DNA of 64,000 nt from Octopus bimaculoides. Its lineage: Eukaryota. The position numbers and the translations under genes were made by a program. How positions within the stretch are numbered: the stretch's first letter is position 1; every line of letters begins with the position of its first letter. Positions 1-14,703 of the stretch are shown here, one piece after another. Under the pieces are notes generated by a model. The model was not told the origin of the DNA. It saw only the letters and a program-made list of their open reading frames with translations, and searched no databases. The DNA lies in assembly GCF_001194135.2 (NCBI RefSeq), contig NC_068991.1:75614696-75678695 (forward strand). Direction: 5' to 3'.

Positions 1-52
<52 letters not shown>
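1..52. repeat. (AT)n microsatellite
   Basis: Perfect AT dinucleotide run. Confidence 0.98.
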
Positions 53-56
<4 letters not shown>

Positions 57-87
57 GCGACTCGAGTTTCAGGGCTATATATATACA

Positions 88-615
88 CACGAAGGGTGTA
101 TGAAAAGTTTTGAGCCTAACCTAGAAACCGGGCTGCTATATAGCTGAAACAATTTTTACTGGTAAGTACAGTTGTTTCGGAGTATTCTTGCTCCGTCCCA
201 TGACTCTGATATTTTAATTTTTTTTGTTGCAGATTTTTGAATAAAAATGTATCGAGGTTACAAGGAAAATGGAGTAAACTGAGTCTCGTGCTGTCATAAA
301 GTACCTTCATTTGAAAGGCATGATTCTATCAGAAATCCATGAAGATATGGTAAGAACCTTGTCAGGCAATGCCCCTTCGTATGCAACAGTCAAACGCTGG
401 ATAAATGAATTCAAGCGTGGCAGGGAGAGTGTGGAAGATGATCCCAGATCAGGGAGACCTTCAACTGCAACAACCTTGACGTTGCTCGTGATATGATAAT
501 GCAAGATCGCCAAATATCATGTCCTCAGATAGCCGAGAGAGAGAGACTTGGCATCTCAATTGAAAGAGCAGACAACATTGTCACAAAAGAACTTGGCTTT
601 TCAAAGGTTTCAAAG
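88..615 (+). mobile_element. Mariner transposon 5' remnant (HTH region, pseudogenised)
   Basis: ATG at 269 reads ME*TESRAVIKYLHLKGM...SYATVKRWINEFKRGRESVEDDPRSGRPSTAT. After a frameshift: QDRQISCPQIAE..LGISIERADNIVTKELGFSKVS. These are typical mariner N-terminal motifs. TIR-like start cacgaagggtgtatgaaaagt. Confidence 0.9.
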
Positions 616-1914
616 GTAAATAGAAACTGAAAAAAATGACGTGAAGTATGTAGGATAAGAATGGACGTATTTCTGTATTGCTCACATTTATCTTGAAAGA
701 TAGTATTTACTAACAAACCGGCGAAAAGCAATATTCGTCTTTAACTTTGTAAGAACTGCTAGAAAATGCTTGGTGAAAGGAAATGATGCGAACTATCCAG
801 AAATGGATATTACGTTGAATGATGATTTGAGGAAAAGTCTAACTCAGTCGGGTGTTCTTGGAAAGTTACTAAACTTCAACAATTATTGGATGAAATCTTC
901 CATGTGATGAGTTGTAACATTGTAACGGGATTAACGGGAGAAAGCATGGAGGTGTTCATAATCATCACCTGATTACCTCATTGTTTGAAGCATATTGTCG
1001 TTGTGTGTTTCAAGAGTCAGATTACTCGCAGAAATTTGCAACAATATTGTTTCAGTAGTAGCTCAAGGCTTTTTGTTTTTGCTGATAAATGAGATGTTAT
1101 TGTTTAACCATTTTTGAAGATGCAGAGTACTGTAGAGAACGTTGTATCAGTTTCAAAAGCATTGGGTTTTGACGGTAAATGTTGCGGAAAGTGAACTTGG
1201 ATACGAAATGGTATCCCATTAGTATTATCTTTGCTATATATAAATGGAAAAGCTTTGAAACCAGTTCTTTCGATTACTTATATCAGTGCTGGTACTACAG
1301 ATGACACTACGATGTTTAAGTAAATTGAAGCTTCAATTTGAAACACATGTTGTGCATTGAGAAATTTACATTTTTGATTGTGGATCTTCATATCGATTCC
1401 TTTTAGATGTTCAGAATATATGATTAGACGAATGATAGTAGAGATCACAGGCCTTACTTTTATGACCAGATTTATTGCACGAGTAGCTATTTGGATAGTT
1501 TCCTTTTAGGGATAAACTATTGGAAATATTTAAAGATCTAGAAATAAATCTTAATAAATGGAAAATCTTGGAAAAGGATCGGAAACCACGGAGAGTAATG
1601 TGTTAGTCTGGAAGATGTAACATCAAGGAAAAATACGTTTGATCATCAAAATGTGATACGGGAAATCGGAAAAGAGTATCTTGGATTAAGTTGAATAGAA
1701 ATTGAAAATATATTCTGCAAGTAATTCACAAACCATTTTTGTTCGTTTACTGAATGAACAAAAGCGGGTTTAGTTCGACATTCTCAGGTAGAAGTTTGCC
1801 CTTCTCAGAGTCCTTTTCCCGTTCTGCATACCAAATAACTGTAGAACGTAATACCAGCTGTTGGAAAATTGAAGAAGCCTCAGCGTTAAAGGGCTGTTTA
1901 TGTGGAGCGAATGT

Positions 1915-1964
1915 GTATGTATATATATATGTATATAAAACCTTATCTATCTGTCTATCTGTCC

Positions 1965-2046
<82 letters not shown>

Positions 2047-2055
2047 ATATATGTA
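1915..2055. repeat. Compound (TA)n/(CT)n/(TG)n microsatellite
   Basis: Directly visible; explains ORFs 1754-2167 and 1947-2180. Confidence 0.95.
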
Positions 2056-2099
2056 CTTAGATACATGCACACAATACATGCTTTTCCACTTCCCTTTAA

Positions 2100-2220
2100 T
2101 CTTCTACATGTCCTTGTTTCAGACGTTAAACTACGGCTATGCTGGGGCACCGCTTTGCAGATTTTAATCTGACAAACCAACCCGAATGCTTATTTTCTAA
2201 GGCTTGGTATTTATTTTGTT
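2100..2220 (-). mobile_element. Dispersed SINE-like repeat family S3, partial copy
   Basis: cttgtttcag...cggctatgctggggcaccgc is a reverse-complement match to the copies at 6172 and 56446. Confidence 0.65.
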
Positions 2221-2920
2221 TTCGCCTCTGGATATCTTCTGGAGGGGAAACGCAAATGTCTGCACGCAGTAGTATATTACGGTATTTTTGATTTTCTTGT
2301 ATCGAATAGCTCTCTGACATAACATTTTTAAAAGCTAAAACTAGCAAGAACACAATGAAATTTATCTGTTTTATTCTAAAATCCTTCATTAAACATGCAC
2401 AAATGTTAAAAAATAATCGAAATTCCGTAACGAAAATTACTTAAAATGTAATTTTAGTAAAATATGGAATTTTAAATAATTTTATGTATATTTATAAATA
2501 TAATTCCATAATTCTTGATGTATTTTGCAGAATTTGATTAAAAGTGTTCTAGCAAGCAATATGGAAGATTAAAAAATTAAAGAGAAAGGGAGAAATTTTC
2601 TGGAAGTAATAATTAAAATTCTGTATTAGTTACATTTATTTAAATAATCATCTTATTAGCATTAACGGAATTGAACAGAACAAGAATTTAAAGGAATTCT
2701 TTTTAAGAAATGGAATTGCTCTGTTAAAAAGATTTTCCAATGAGATAAAAACAACGTATACGCATATTGATAATCAAAGAGTTTATTTAGAAAGGAAAAA
2801 AAGATGAATTCGGTAAAACAATTTGGGAAATGAATTTAATCTCACCAGAATTAAGCGCCTTAGCGGTATTTACGTCGTTTATATTTCAAGTTGGAGTACA
2901 TATGGAAAACGCCAAGAATT

Positions 2921-2923
<3 letters not shown>

Positions 2924-3016
<93 letters not shown>

Positions 3017-3183
3017 AGACAGCCAGACACACACTCCATCATAAACACAGATACACACACACACATACGCGCACACACAAACACATGCGCATGCATACTT
3101 ACCCACATACATTCAGATAGACACACACACACACTCCATCATAAACACAGATACACACACACACATACGCGCANNNNNNNNNN

Positions 3184-3240
<57 letters not shown>
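2924..3240. repeat. (AC)n tract containing a ~47-bp direct repeat (3026-3072 / 3126-3172) and a small gap
   Basis: actccatcataaacacagatacacacacacacatacgcgca occurs twice, 100 bp apart. Confidence 0.9.
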
Positions 3241-3249
<9 letters not shown>

Positions 3250-4004
3250 CGCCAAACCCTTAACCACATAGCTAATTATTATTCATATTCTATCGCTGTG
3301 CGGAATCTGAGGCTTTGAATGAAATTTTTTTCGTGCCACAATGGGGGAAAAAAAAAGAATTGCTCGTGCATTTCGCATAGGGCTTCAAGGATTAGTGGTG
3401 AATTTCACATAGGAAATTTTAAGAAAAGTACAACAACAAAGTTAATTCAATAAAGTTTCGAGAAGAAACATATATAAAACAAAATGCCTATCGTGTTTTA
3501 TAACCCATAGTTTTCCAAAATGCTCTTGCATTAATATGGGTTTTCAGAAGCCTTAAGATACATACATTATCAAATGTCCACGGTACACTGTTCAAGAGTC
3601 AATACTCTATGTTATAAAATTTAGAACTTCCACGTGCTTGTACACCGTTAGATGCCAAGTGGTGATTCCTTATCTGCTACAAAGCTGTCAATTTAATCAA
3701 ATAAAGACATATTTAGGTTTTTTACTTCGATAGTGAAGCCCTTTCAGTGTCTGAAACATCTAATCGGTATTGTGTTACATTCACATCAAATGATTGTTGC
3801 GAGTTCGAATCAGTAGTAGGAGCACTTTTAGAATTTTTTCTTAAATTGCACTTTTGATTGAATAAGCCGTCATTTTGAAACTCTAAGCTTCTCTAGACGG
3901 CTTACCAATTATAATTATTTTTTTAATCAATTTGTTACGCCTGTTAGTATTTAGTCTTCTCATTTGTAAATACCTCGTTATCGTTCTTAAATATATGTCA
4001 AAAT

Positions 4005-4312
<308 letters not shown>

Positions 4313-4604
4313 CAAACAAACTTCTACATATATATGCATATGCATACATTTATTTACATACACACACGTATAGATGTTAAGAAAGAGAGAGGGGGGAGAG
4401 AGACAGACAGGCAGAGAAGAGAGAGGGGGGAGAGAGACGACAGAGAAGAGTAAGTTGTTGGATTGGACCAGTTTCAATTCTTGATGGAAGTCGTTTAACA
4501 TCACGCGCTTCATACATTTGAAAACAATACGAACACGATGCATATCGACCATGACTTCTAAGATATACAGCATATATTTAGAATAAGGGAATTGCCAATT
4601 ACAT

Positions 4605-4740
4605 TGATCTATATCGACCTGTAACTAACTCTCGTATTTTTTTTAATGTACCTGGAATCAGGAAAGGTAAAGCTAACCTCGGCAGTGTTTGAAATCAAGA
4701 CCTAGATGATCACAGCAAATATAACGAATTCTAGAACATG
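4605..4740 (-). mobile_element. SINE family S2, decayed copy
   Basis: ggaaaggtaaagctaacctcggcagtgtttgaa resembles the gaaaggcaaagtcgacctcggcggaatttgaa core at 62175. Confidence 0.6.
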
Positions 4741-4760
4741 TTTTATTCGATAGCTTACTC

Positions 4761-4915
4761 GTGGTATATAAGGTACGTTTACTTCCCAACCACATGGTTC
4801 GGGGTTCAGTCGCACTGCGTGGCACCTGGGTAAGGGTTTTCTTCTATAACCTTAAGCTGACCAAAGCCTTGTGAGTAGATTTGGTAGGCGGAAACTAAAA
4901 GAAGCCTATCGTGTA
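4761..4915 (+). mobile_element. tRNA-derived SINE family S1 (CORE-like)
   Basis: ccacatggttcggggttcagtcgcactgcgtggcacctgggtaag...ccaaagccttgtgag...gaagcc; homologous to 15594. Confidence 0.85.
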
Positions 4916-5149
4916 TATGTACACACAGACATACATACTTACATATATGTGTATGTGTCAGTTTTGAATTCAAGCAATTACGACAAGATGCGCCTTCGAC
5001 AAAACAGTTGCTCCCGCAAAGCAAAATAAAATTCGGGATTTGAAGAGGGTCAATGTTGGTAATAAAAACAGGACAGTGAAAACAAACAGTAAGGGCTGCT
5101 AAGCCATAACGAGGTGAAGTGGCGAACGCTGGAAGAAGAAGTTTTGACA

Positions 5150-5470
5150 GGAGAAAAGATAGGAAATAAGACAGACAACAATGCGTCTGTTCTGTGTAGC
5201 AGACAGAAAGGAAAGAAAGAAGCTCAAGTTAGGAAAAGAAAGATGGCCGATGGTCATGTGTGAGCAACGAGAGAGTAAAGGAGGAAGAGTGAGAAAGAGA
5301 GAGAGACAGATAGAGAACGGTGAAGGGGAGAGGAAAAGAATTAGAAAATTAGAGAAAAGATGAGAGAGAAAAAGCGAAAGGGAGAGAAGGGGAGATAAAA
5401 AGAATTAGAGAAAGGAAGATAGAGGAAACGAAAGAGGGGAGGGAAAGAGAAAGAGAACAGTAAGATAGAG
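5150..5470. repeat. GA-rich polypurine low-complexity tract
   Basis: Strong purine bias on the + strand. Confidence 0.85.
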
Positions 5471-5496
5471 TCGCATCAGAATTATTAAGATATATG

Positions 5497-5530
<34 letters not shown>

Positions 5531-5791
5531 TGTATGTATTGTTTGTATGTATATATGTATGTATATCAATATCAATATCTGTATTTATATTTATGTATAT
5601 ATACTGTTGAGTCTGGGGGAGTTATTCTCTTTTAGTACCTTATAATTTAACACACTCACCGATAAAATCTCCCCATATTTCCTTTATTTTTCTAAAATTT
5701 TCGTTGCGTCTTGTATATATACGTATATATATATATATACATATGTATATATACACACATATATATATATATACATGCATGTCCATACATG

Positions 5792-5835
<44 letters not shown>

Positions 5836-6107
5836 NNNNNNNNNNNNNNNNNNNNNNNNNNNNNNNNNNNNNNNNNNNNNNNNNNNNNNNNNNNNNNNNN
5901 NNNNNNNNNNNNNNNNNNNNNNNNNNNNNNNNNNNNNNNNNNNNNNNNNNNNNNNNNNNNNNNNNNNNNNNNNNNNNNNNNNNNNNNNNNNNNNNNNNNN
6001 NNNNNNNNNNNNNNNNNNNNNNNNNNNNNNNNNNNNNNNNNNNNNNNNNNNNNNNNNNNNNNNNNNNNNNNNNNNNNNNNNNNNNNNNNNNNNNNNNNNN
6101 NNNNNNN
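5836..6107. other. Assembly gap (N) flanked by (TA)n
   Basis: N run. Confidence 0.99.
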
Positions 6108-6171
6108 ATATATATATATATATATATATAATATACACACGCACATATATATATGTCTTTGTGCCTATTCC

Positions 6172-6370
6172 TCCACCATTGCTTGACAACCGATGCTGGT
6201 GTGTTTACGTCCCCATAACTACCGGTTCGGCAAAAAGACCAATATAATAAGTACTTCCTTATAAAGAATAAGTCCTGGGGTCAATTTCTTCGACTAAAAC
6301 ACCCTTTAAGGCATTGCCCCAGCATGACCGCAATAAAATGACTGAAACACGTAAAAAATAAAAGAATAAA

Positions 6371-6372
<2 letters not shown>
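6172..6372 (+). mobile_element. Dispersed SINE-like repeat family S3, near full length (transcription orientation uncertain)
   Basis: gcttgacaaccgatgctggtgtgtttacgtcccc...ccagcatgaccgc...tgactgaaac; homologous to 56446-56632 and 44836-44950. Confidence 0.85.
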
Positions 6373-6403
<31 letters not shown>

Positions 6404-6829
6404 GCATAAATACATACACGCACACACACATGTATGTATGTATGTATGTATGTATGTATGAGACTACAATCTGTATGGCGAATTGAAGGAAATTGTACAC
6501 CTCAGAAGAGAGTGCTTCACAGGTTTCAATTGGCTGACTTCCCTACTTGTTACCATTACAAAAACTTGTGAAATTTTTATTTAACGAATATTTTGAAAGA
6601 CGTACAGCAAAATGCTTGTGAGAAAGGTGAACCTCAATATTGAAAAATGCTGTGGTCGGAAATATAGGTGGATGCTATTATTTTAAGTTGCATTAGGGTA
6701 TTTATTAAGAAAAGGAATTATTGATCTGAGAATATATGTTATAAAATGAGCTAAAATCTTGGCTGGCAACTATTGCTCTTGATATAACATCGATATTATA
6801 GATGATGAAAAGAATTAATAGAACAACCT

Positions 6830-7085
6830 TGACATGAATCGATAGCTTTAAATATTTAGGAACCATTATTACATCAAAAACGGGAAATATATCGAGGAAA
6901 TTAAGTTAAAGTTTGGATAAGCCAAAGTTGCTTTTGGAAAGATCAAACTTACATAGTCAAATAAACGGCTGTCGATAAGAATGAGGAAGAGAATTCTCGA
7001 GATGTACATAAAAGCCATCAGTACATGCGGCTATGTGACCTGGAACGTCGAGAAACAAGTGCAAAAGCTTATCAATGCTGCATTG
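6830..7085 (+). mobile_element. RTE-clade LINE ORF2 remnant (after the RT core)
   Basis: IDSFKYLGTIIT..EEIKLKFG*AKVAFGKI...LSIRMRKRILEMYIKA..CGYVTWN, matching the RTE pattern F.YLGS.IT...EIK.RI..AK.AF. Confidence 0.8.
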
Positions 7086-8344
7086 TTTGGGTCACACTGT
7101 ATTGTCAGGTTTGAATATTTAAGCTTTGGATCAAGTTAAAGCGGAGTCTAGTTTGTGTTTCAAAAATCATGCTTCAAGAGTTGGTGGAATAAATGTCAGT
7201 AATACAATGACACGGTTTTAATTACTTTCCTATCGCAGGAGGATACCTGTCGTTAATCACATCCTAGAATGCAGGTGTAAACATACAAAAAGAAGGAAAA
7301 AAAACAGGAAAAAAAAAGAGAAGAAAAGGAAAAGAATCGGGTTAGTCACAGCTGGAAAGTATATCATAAAAACAACTTTAGAACCCTTTAAGAACTTGAT
7401 GTTTGTGGTTCGGGCGAGCGGGAGGTGAACGGAGATTTCTAAAACTAGAGCATTATATAAGATCAACAAACTAAATTGATATCTTAAAATTGTTACTGTT
7501 TTCATTGGTTCATACATGAGATGAAATAGACAAAAAAGTTTCAGTTCCTGTAGAAAAGTATAAAACATAATCCATGATTTTATTGTAGTTGACATTGATG
7601 CTTTGCAACGAAGCAAACTTGATCAAACAGCTGTGATCTTCCAGTAGTTTTTTTTTACGTGGATTTAGGACTACAGTATTTAATATGTACTTGAATGTAC
7701 TTGACTTCAAAGCGTTCAGATTTGAGGAAGATTAAGATGATATTTCTATAAGGTCGAGCAACCACGGAGAAACCCTTCCATCGGTGTTATTATTATTATT
7801 ATTATTGTTGTTGTTGTTGTTGCTTAGTCCCAGTTTAGCTCTGATCAAATAATCCTATGATTAAAAGAAATTCCTACCGTAAATAAGGTCTAGGAGAAAA
7901 TAATCTTTGTCAGGAAATAAATCAGAAAAGTAAGGCTGCTGTTAATGATAAGAAAGATCCGATTGATTAAACCATATTTCATTGGTATAATAATTAGGAG
8001 AGCCAGAACATCGCCGGGGCATTCCTGCTATATATTTATGAATATAAACAGAAAGAAATGAAGCTTGTGTATTCTTCCATTCGTGTTAATCTTCTAATAA
8101 GTGAGAAACCGTTAATTAAATCCAACGATCAAAGCGAAATCTACCGTTATTGGCAATAACTAATGAACATGACGTAATACACAGCATTTAAAACGCAATA
8201 GGTATTGTCTGAGATTTATTTTATTTGGTATCTCAGGATTTTACTAATAGTTATTTTACCGGCCACTGGAAGAGCATAATGTTGCTCTCATATATGGAGT
8301 AATAACGTTGCTGGACGTTCAAGCATTGTAGACCAAACATTGGT

Positions 8345-8515
8345 ATAAAGTTCTGTCAATATGTGGTTAGAATTCTGAGTTCAAATTCTGCCGAGGTCAA
8401 CTTTGCCTTCCATCCTTTCGGTGTCAATAAAATAAATATCAGTTGAATACTGGGGTCGATATAAGTGACTTAACCCTTCTCCGAATTTACTGGCCTTCAG
8501 CCAAAATTTGAAACT
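8345..8515 (+). mobile_element. SINE family S2 copy
   Basis: ttctgagttcaaattctgccgaggtcaactttgccttccatcctttcgg...tactggggtcgat. Confidence 0.85.
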
Positions 8516-8594
8516 AATATGTAGTTTAGAATAGTTTAGAATGTCTGTGAGTAATTATGAAATTATTCCCGGGCACTCTCTAGCTTCTGACTCA

Positions 8595-8850
8595 CTGGCA
8601 CAGTGTCTCCTCTCTTTGCCGGTTCTACTGTTACTATAATGACTCCTGCTTTACGAAGCTGGATAGTCTTACGCCACCTCCATTCATGCAATCCCATCGC
8701 ACCACCTCCTCTTATTCCACTTGCTGTGCCTAACCCCACATAATATGTATGCTTAGTTCTTCCTTTCACGAATATCGTGTTTTCTGGATTTCCTTCCATG
8801 CTCATGCCTTTCCCGAAGTTGCTGATTTACAAAAGAGAAACGTTAATAGT
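8595..8850 (+). mobile_element. CR1/L2/Jockey-group LINE ORF2 C-terminal remnant
   Basis: HSVSSLCRFYCYYNDSCFTKLDSLTPP...HRTTSS...HAFPEVADLQKRNVN resembles the R.V.SL..FYRYY.G.CS.EL...PP...FP...L..FK..VN tail. Confidence 0.65.
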
Positions 8851-10084
8851 ACAGTCTCAAGGGACTTGCAGAGCCTGCAAACACCTTAAGCACTGCTTCA
8901 TTCCCTGGAAATTCAAGAAGTTAAGAAATGTGAAAGACTGCTGGAAGCTATTCATCGTTCTACATGTGAGACGTAGTATCATTCGGGCTCAGTAGTACAA
9001 GCAAATAAAGCGCATTTCAATTACGAAATGGTAGGGAATTTATAGCATCAATCTGATCCCTTCTACAGAACTTATTTATTGCACGTTGCGTTAAATAATG
9101 TCAGAGTTAAGCGGATATAATCCAAACATCAGGAACTGAATTCAATTTATGGGTCATTAAGTTTATAGTCGAGTTGCCCAGCTGCAGCTCTCACGCTTCT
9201 AAAAACATAATCTACTGATATATTCTCTTCAAATGCATTGGAGAAAATAATTTGATTGGAAAGAACAGCTGCCATATTACGACTACCCAACAATTGTTTT
9301 CTTTAATACGGCACTCGATGCAGTAAACCGTTATTTAAGCATTGAAAGAACTGTTTACTTGTATTTACAAATGTAGAGTTTCACAAATACTGGCACTTTC
9401 TAAAACATTATAATGTGACTATTATTCAAGCTTTATACATTATTCAGATAACGTTTGACAGGTTGTCAAATTGCTCAGTCCCATTTCTTTACGACCGCTT
9501 TTATAAGTAATTCAGTCCGTACGCGTTCTAATTATCAATAGCTACTGCACTTCGTTTCGGAAGAGAATCACCTGCTTACGACACGGATTCCTAAACAATA
9601 TGTGTCCTGCATAGAAAATCATTTAGTTGAAAGGTTTGATAAATACCTTTTGTTCATTTTCGTTCTTCTATATTTTTTCGCTTGCTTTTATGTTTATTAA
9701 ATGTTGTGTAATTTGTTGAGAGTTTCGTTACATTTCCTTTTGCATCAGGTGAATATATTTATTTGTCTATTTAATGTTGGACATGCAAGTCAACAGTATT
9801 GTTGCTTTTTGAACTTTAGAACTATCAGTGATTTACTACGTTCAGATTCAATCGCTCTTTGATCCCCTCACTATTTGTATCAAATGAATTTAACATCATA
9901 TCCTAAGACTACGTTATCCACAATGTGTATACTGGTTCAGGATAAATCATCATGCTTATTTAATGTATATTGGTTAAATATGAACGCAGGTAAATTTCTA
10001 TTATAGATATTCAATTACTGTTCAACACAGCAAGCAAGCAAGCCATATTCAGCTCCGATATATATTATATTATATATTATATAT

Positions 10085-10142
10085 NNNNNNNNNNNNNNNN
10101 NNNNNNNNNNNNNNNNNNNNNNNNNNNNNNNNNNNNNNNNNN
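10085..10142. other. Assembly gap (N)
   Basis: N run. Confidence 0.99.
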
Positions 10143-10258
10143 ATATATATATATATATATATATACAAGGTTGAGGAGAGTATTGGATTTAACCAATATA
10201 TGTATGTATGTATGTATGTATGTATCGGAGCTCGTATAAAACAAAGCACCAATAACTT

Positions 10259-10848
<590 letters not shown>

Positions 10849-10913
<65 letters not shown>

Positions 10914-10920
10914 TAATAAT
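10849..10920. repeat. (AAT)n microsatellite
   Basis: Directly visible. Confidence 0.97.
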
Positions 10921-11467
10921 CAATGAAAATCGTCCGAAAATAAGAGCAGGAAATATAAATGCGAGACATGAGGAAAAATCAATTATTCCAAATTAACAAA
11001 AGCTTAAACCCCAAACGATAAGAAATATTGTCACTCCTGAAGATTGAATTTTGAATGTAGAAGCTATCAACCGATCCTATCGGTCTAACAGCTGTTATTA
11101 ACCACAAAAATTATAATTTTTATTCACATACGAAGACATTAGAAGTTGTTTGAAATCTACCATACAAATAATTCACCAACGAGTTATTTTTTAATAATTT
11201 ATATTCTATTGTTTATTGAGCGGAGGATGGGCATCGAAAGAATCGCCTTCTTTAATGTCTCAATCATTGGTGAAGAGAAGGCTGTCTCCCGAATGGATTT
11301 TGTTCTGAATACTTGCAACTGTGTATCCTGATAAAGGTACACATTTCCTAGGAAGTCATGCTGAAACAGTAAAAACCGGTGATCGACTAATTAAAATCAT
11401 TAGCCACAAATAAGACGGTCCGGCAGCATGTTTTGTATATTGATTTTTCTGAAAAAGCTTTGATGGA

Positions 11468-11545
11468 AAACACCTATCTTAGGCAACGCGCAGTGGAATC
11501 GAACCTGAAATCACGAAGTTGGTAAGTGACCATCTAAAGACACTG
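11468..11545 (-). mobile_element. SINE family S1 head fragment
   Basis: cacctatcttaggcaacgcgcagtggaatcgaacc is the reverse complement of the S1 B-box/core region. Confidence 0.55.
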
Positions 11546-13586
11546 ATAAACTCGCGCTCATTACTTTATATTTCTTGTGTGAAAACCGTGTCAGTACGTC
11601 TAGTTTCTTTACGTACAATTCAGGGTACGTGAAATTTAGGGTTACTTTAATTTGTTTACGCTTCAAACATTTGTGAAAGATCTTCTGACTTGTTTATGTC
11701 AGCAGATAAAATATATAATGTCTTTGTAATTACTTTAACCCATGATTTTCTTCATAATTAACAAAAGAGCTCTTTCGTAGTTATTTGCCCTGTTAGAAAT
11801 AGCAACAAAATCACTCTCAAATTATTCTGTCATACAAAAATAAAAGGCATATGAAATAATGTGGTGTTGGCCACTTATAAAACGATGGCATTTTCCACAG
11901 CTGAAAGAATTTTCATCAAGAGTCTCATCTTTCAATTTTGATAAAACCTAACAAGCATGACTCTTTCAGTTAGCGTGAAAATTTAAACAGATATAATCAT
12001 TAAGATTTCCAGTTAAATGGTGTAAAATACGAATTCAAAACCGATAGACGTGTCTGGTTCATGAAGAATTTGTTATAGTAATTAGAGTAAAGCAATTAGA
12101 ACAACGTATAAAACGTAGCTGTATTGGTTTTCTTTTTTTCTAAGCCCAGTAATAAAGTGAAATTGGAAACGTCGCCTTTTACCTTTCCTTGGTTCATTAT
12201 TAGATAAATAACGCGAAGTTGATTGGCCTTCAAAATCGAACGCAAGTCAGGTCGCATTTGTTGGAAATTCATCTCGATTCACGATAATTATCTCAGCACA
12301 ATTTCGCTACTTATCTAGAACAGGCAAAACTGACAGCTAAATATCACATAACAGCAATAAAAATGCCGGTTCCCAGAGGTAGGGTCATTTTTGCTTTATA
12401 GCTTGTTGTTAGTAATGCATAGTGGCACTTAGAGATTCCTTCCATATAGTTTTGAAAATGATGTATGAAGTGAAGCAGCTCATCATTGAAGACATCGCAG
12501 GCAATAACTAATTAGCAAGCTTTTCATTAGTTTTAGTAGCGAGGTCTATTCGCCTTTTGGCGTATAAAGCCTGGAGAGAGATGAATCCCCGAGAGGCTGT
12601 ATTTTCCGCATACATTTCATATAAGCAAATGTCCAGACGAACTCAGCTTCTTAAATTTATGCTATTCGATGCCGCTACTATATAATTACAGACAATAATT
12701 AAGTAAACTAGGTCTAATGTATAATGGATAGAACTAATTATAGCTATATTACAATAAAGAGAAAATTGGTAACACGTAATATTGATTATTGTTAGCAATA
12801 ATCATAAAGGATAACTAATTATGGAAAATATTGATCATAACTGAAATACATTTTCACACTCAATTCAATACACTATCCAAAATATCGAATACTTTTCTTA
12901 GCAGTCGCATTGCTCAATAATGGTGATGATAATAATATTAAAATGATAAACTAATAATAGTAATGACAATAGCAAAATAACAGACCAAAGGACTCATCTA
13001 AAAGCGAGAGAAGGAAAATATAGAAGTAAGACATAAGAAAATGTCGGATGGACATTCATGAAATGTTTGTAACAACAATTATTTGAAGTGGACATTCAGT
13101 TCAATTGCAAATCATAACAATTATAACAGAAACTAGGCAAAAATATTATAGAAATCAATTCAGTGCCAACAACAAAAAAGTGCAAGAATTTTGGGAAGGT
13201 GTGTGGGTAGTAAACAATGACCATGGGCAAACGTTTTCTAAAAGAACTATAATATATAAGTTTAGCCATTATAGCCAACACTAACGATTCTGTCAATTTG
13301 CTGTTTATGCTTACAACTTTGCGTCTCTGTAAGACGATACCTCACACACCTCCAGGCCATGGCGGTAAACACGGTGATATTGCAGACGCCCACATTAATA
13401 ATCGTAAACATGAACAACACAGCAATAACATTCAAAATAATTTCAAACTGCACAGTTCTTTATATATCAAACATCCAGATAATAATGGTTTGTTTATTGA
13501 ATAGAGAAATAGGTTAATTTATATATGTAGACTCAATATATATAAATTCTTTGTTGTAAAATTGTTTCTTTTTTGCTTTATGCGCA

Positions 13587-14703
13587 AAATACTGCGAAAT
13601 ATTTTTATTTGCTCGAAATTGCCGAGGGGATTAAAAAAAAATATCATGAACCGCTGACCTAAGCATTTATATTCATGTACAAATAGCTAATAAAGAGAAG
13701 CATTTAAGAAACGTTTAAGAAACAAAATTTAATACAGTTTGTTGTATTTCAATGGAAGATTTTCATTGCCGAAGGAAATATTTATTATTCAGAACAAAAT
13801 AACAATTGTAGTCCATATATTGTTTGCCATAGACTGGCATGCAAATGCCATTAAACTGAAAGATGAAAGACTTGGAAACAAAAAGACGTATCCCAATTCA
13901 ATAAATGTCTGAAAGAAAAGATTCTCACAAAAACACTTAGTATTAAACGCGACAGTAATTATTTGAGAAAAACAAAGTTCGACTTCAATCCAGAATGATT
14001 ATGTCAAATACTAGTTAAAAATATAACAGGAATAACTGCAGTATCAACATGAAAAGAAGGAGAAGATTGTTCGAGATGTGTATGGGTTACAAAAAGAATC
14101 AACATGGGCAAGAACGCAGTACATGAACGGTTTTGGACCGACGACTATCACAACGGATGACGTAGCTCAAATATTACGGAAATCAAGACGTTGTAAGAGA
14201 CAAGGGGAAAGATAACATTCAAAACATCTGACCCACACCTCCATGCTCAGACTGTACATCACGTAGTATATAAGATACCCGTTTTAAATCCCTTGCAAAC
14301 ACGTGGAGTATAATAATAAACTTAAACTCCATTTTGGTTTTAGCTGTTCTAAATCTAAAATCCAGTTCATAATGCTTTATTTATTGATGAAAGGAGTTAA
14401 TTTATTTATATTTCCTGGCTAAATGTATATAAACTCTTCGTTTTAATATCGCTTCTTTTTCACTGTATCCACAAAGTACAGCAAAATATTTTTATATACT
14501 CCAAGGTGCTGAGGGAATTAAAAACATTTATGAACCGTTGACCTAATCATTTTGATTTATGCACAAATAGTTAATAGAATGAAACATTTAAAATACAAAT
14601 TTCGATTGTGTTTTAACGGAAGATTATCCTATCACAAACATATATTTATTATTCAGAAGAAAAATAACTTTATTCTGAATATTGTCTTAGACTGGCATGC
14701 AAA
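13587..14703. repeat. Old diverged local duplication (13587-13845 vs 14473-14703)
   Basis: Collinear shared blocks: aaatatttttat, catgaaccg.tgacctaa.catt, caaatag.taata, atatttattattcagaa, tagactggcatgcaaa. Confidence 0.8.

Noticed and set aside
731-900. Frame reading YPEMDITL..LRKSLTQSG faintly like a pogo/Tigger CENP-B HTH
   Set aside because: Too few matching residues and no DDE region or TIR
8563-8821. Minus-strand 80-aa ORF with good-looking acceptor and gtgagt donor
   Set aside because: The plus strand is better explained as a LINE ORF2 C-terminus, so this is an antisense frame
9570-9605. Possible ~19-nt minus-strand micro-exon (tttag GAATCCGTGTCGTAAGCAG gtgatt)
   Set aside because: Expected by chance in 64 kb; no support
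13096-13453. Hydrophobic minus-strand ORFs suggestive of a receptor or peptide
   Set aside because: No family motif and no convincing splice context
14050-14215. GC-richer patch with a ~55-codon frame
   Set aside because: No recognisable motif in any frame; probably old TE debris
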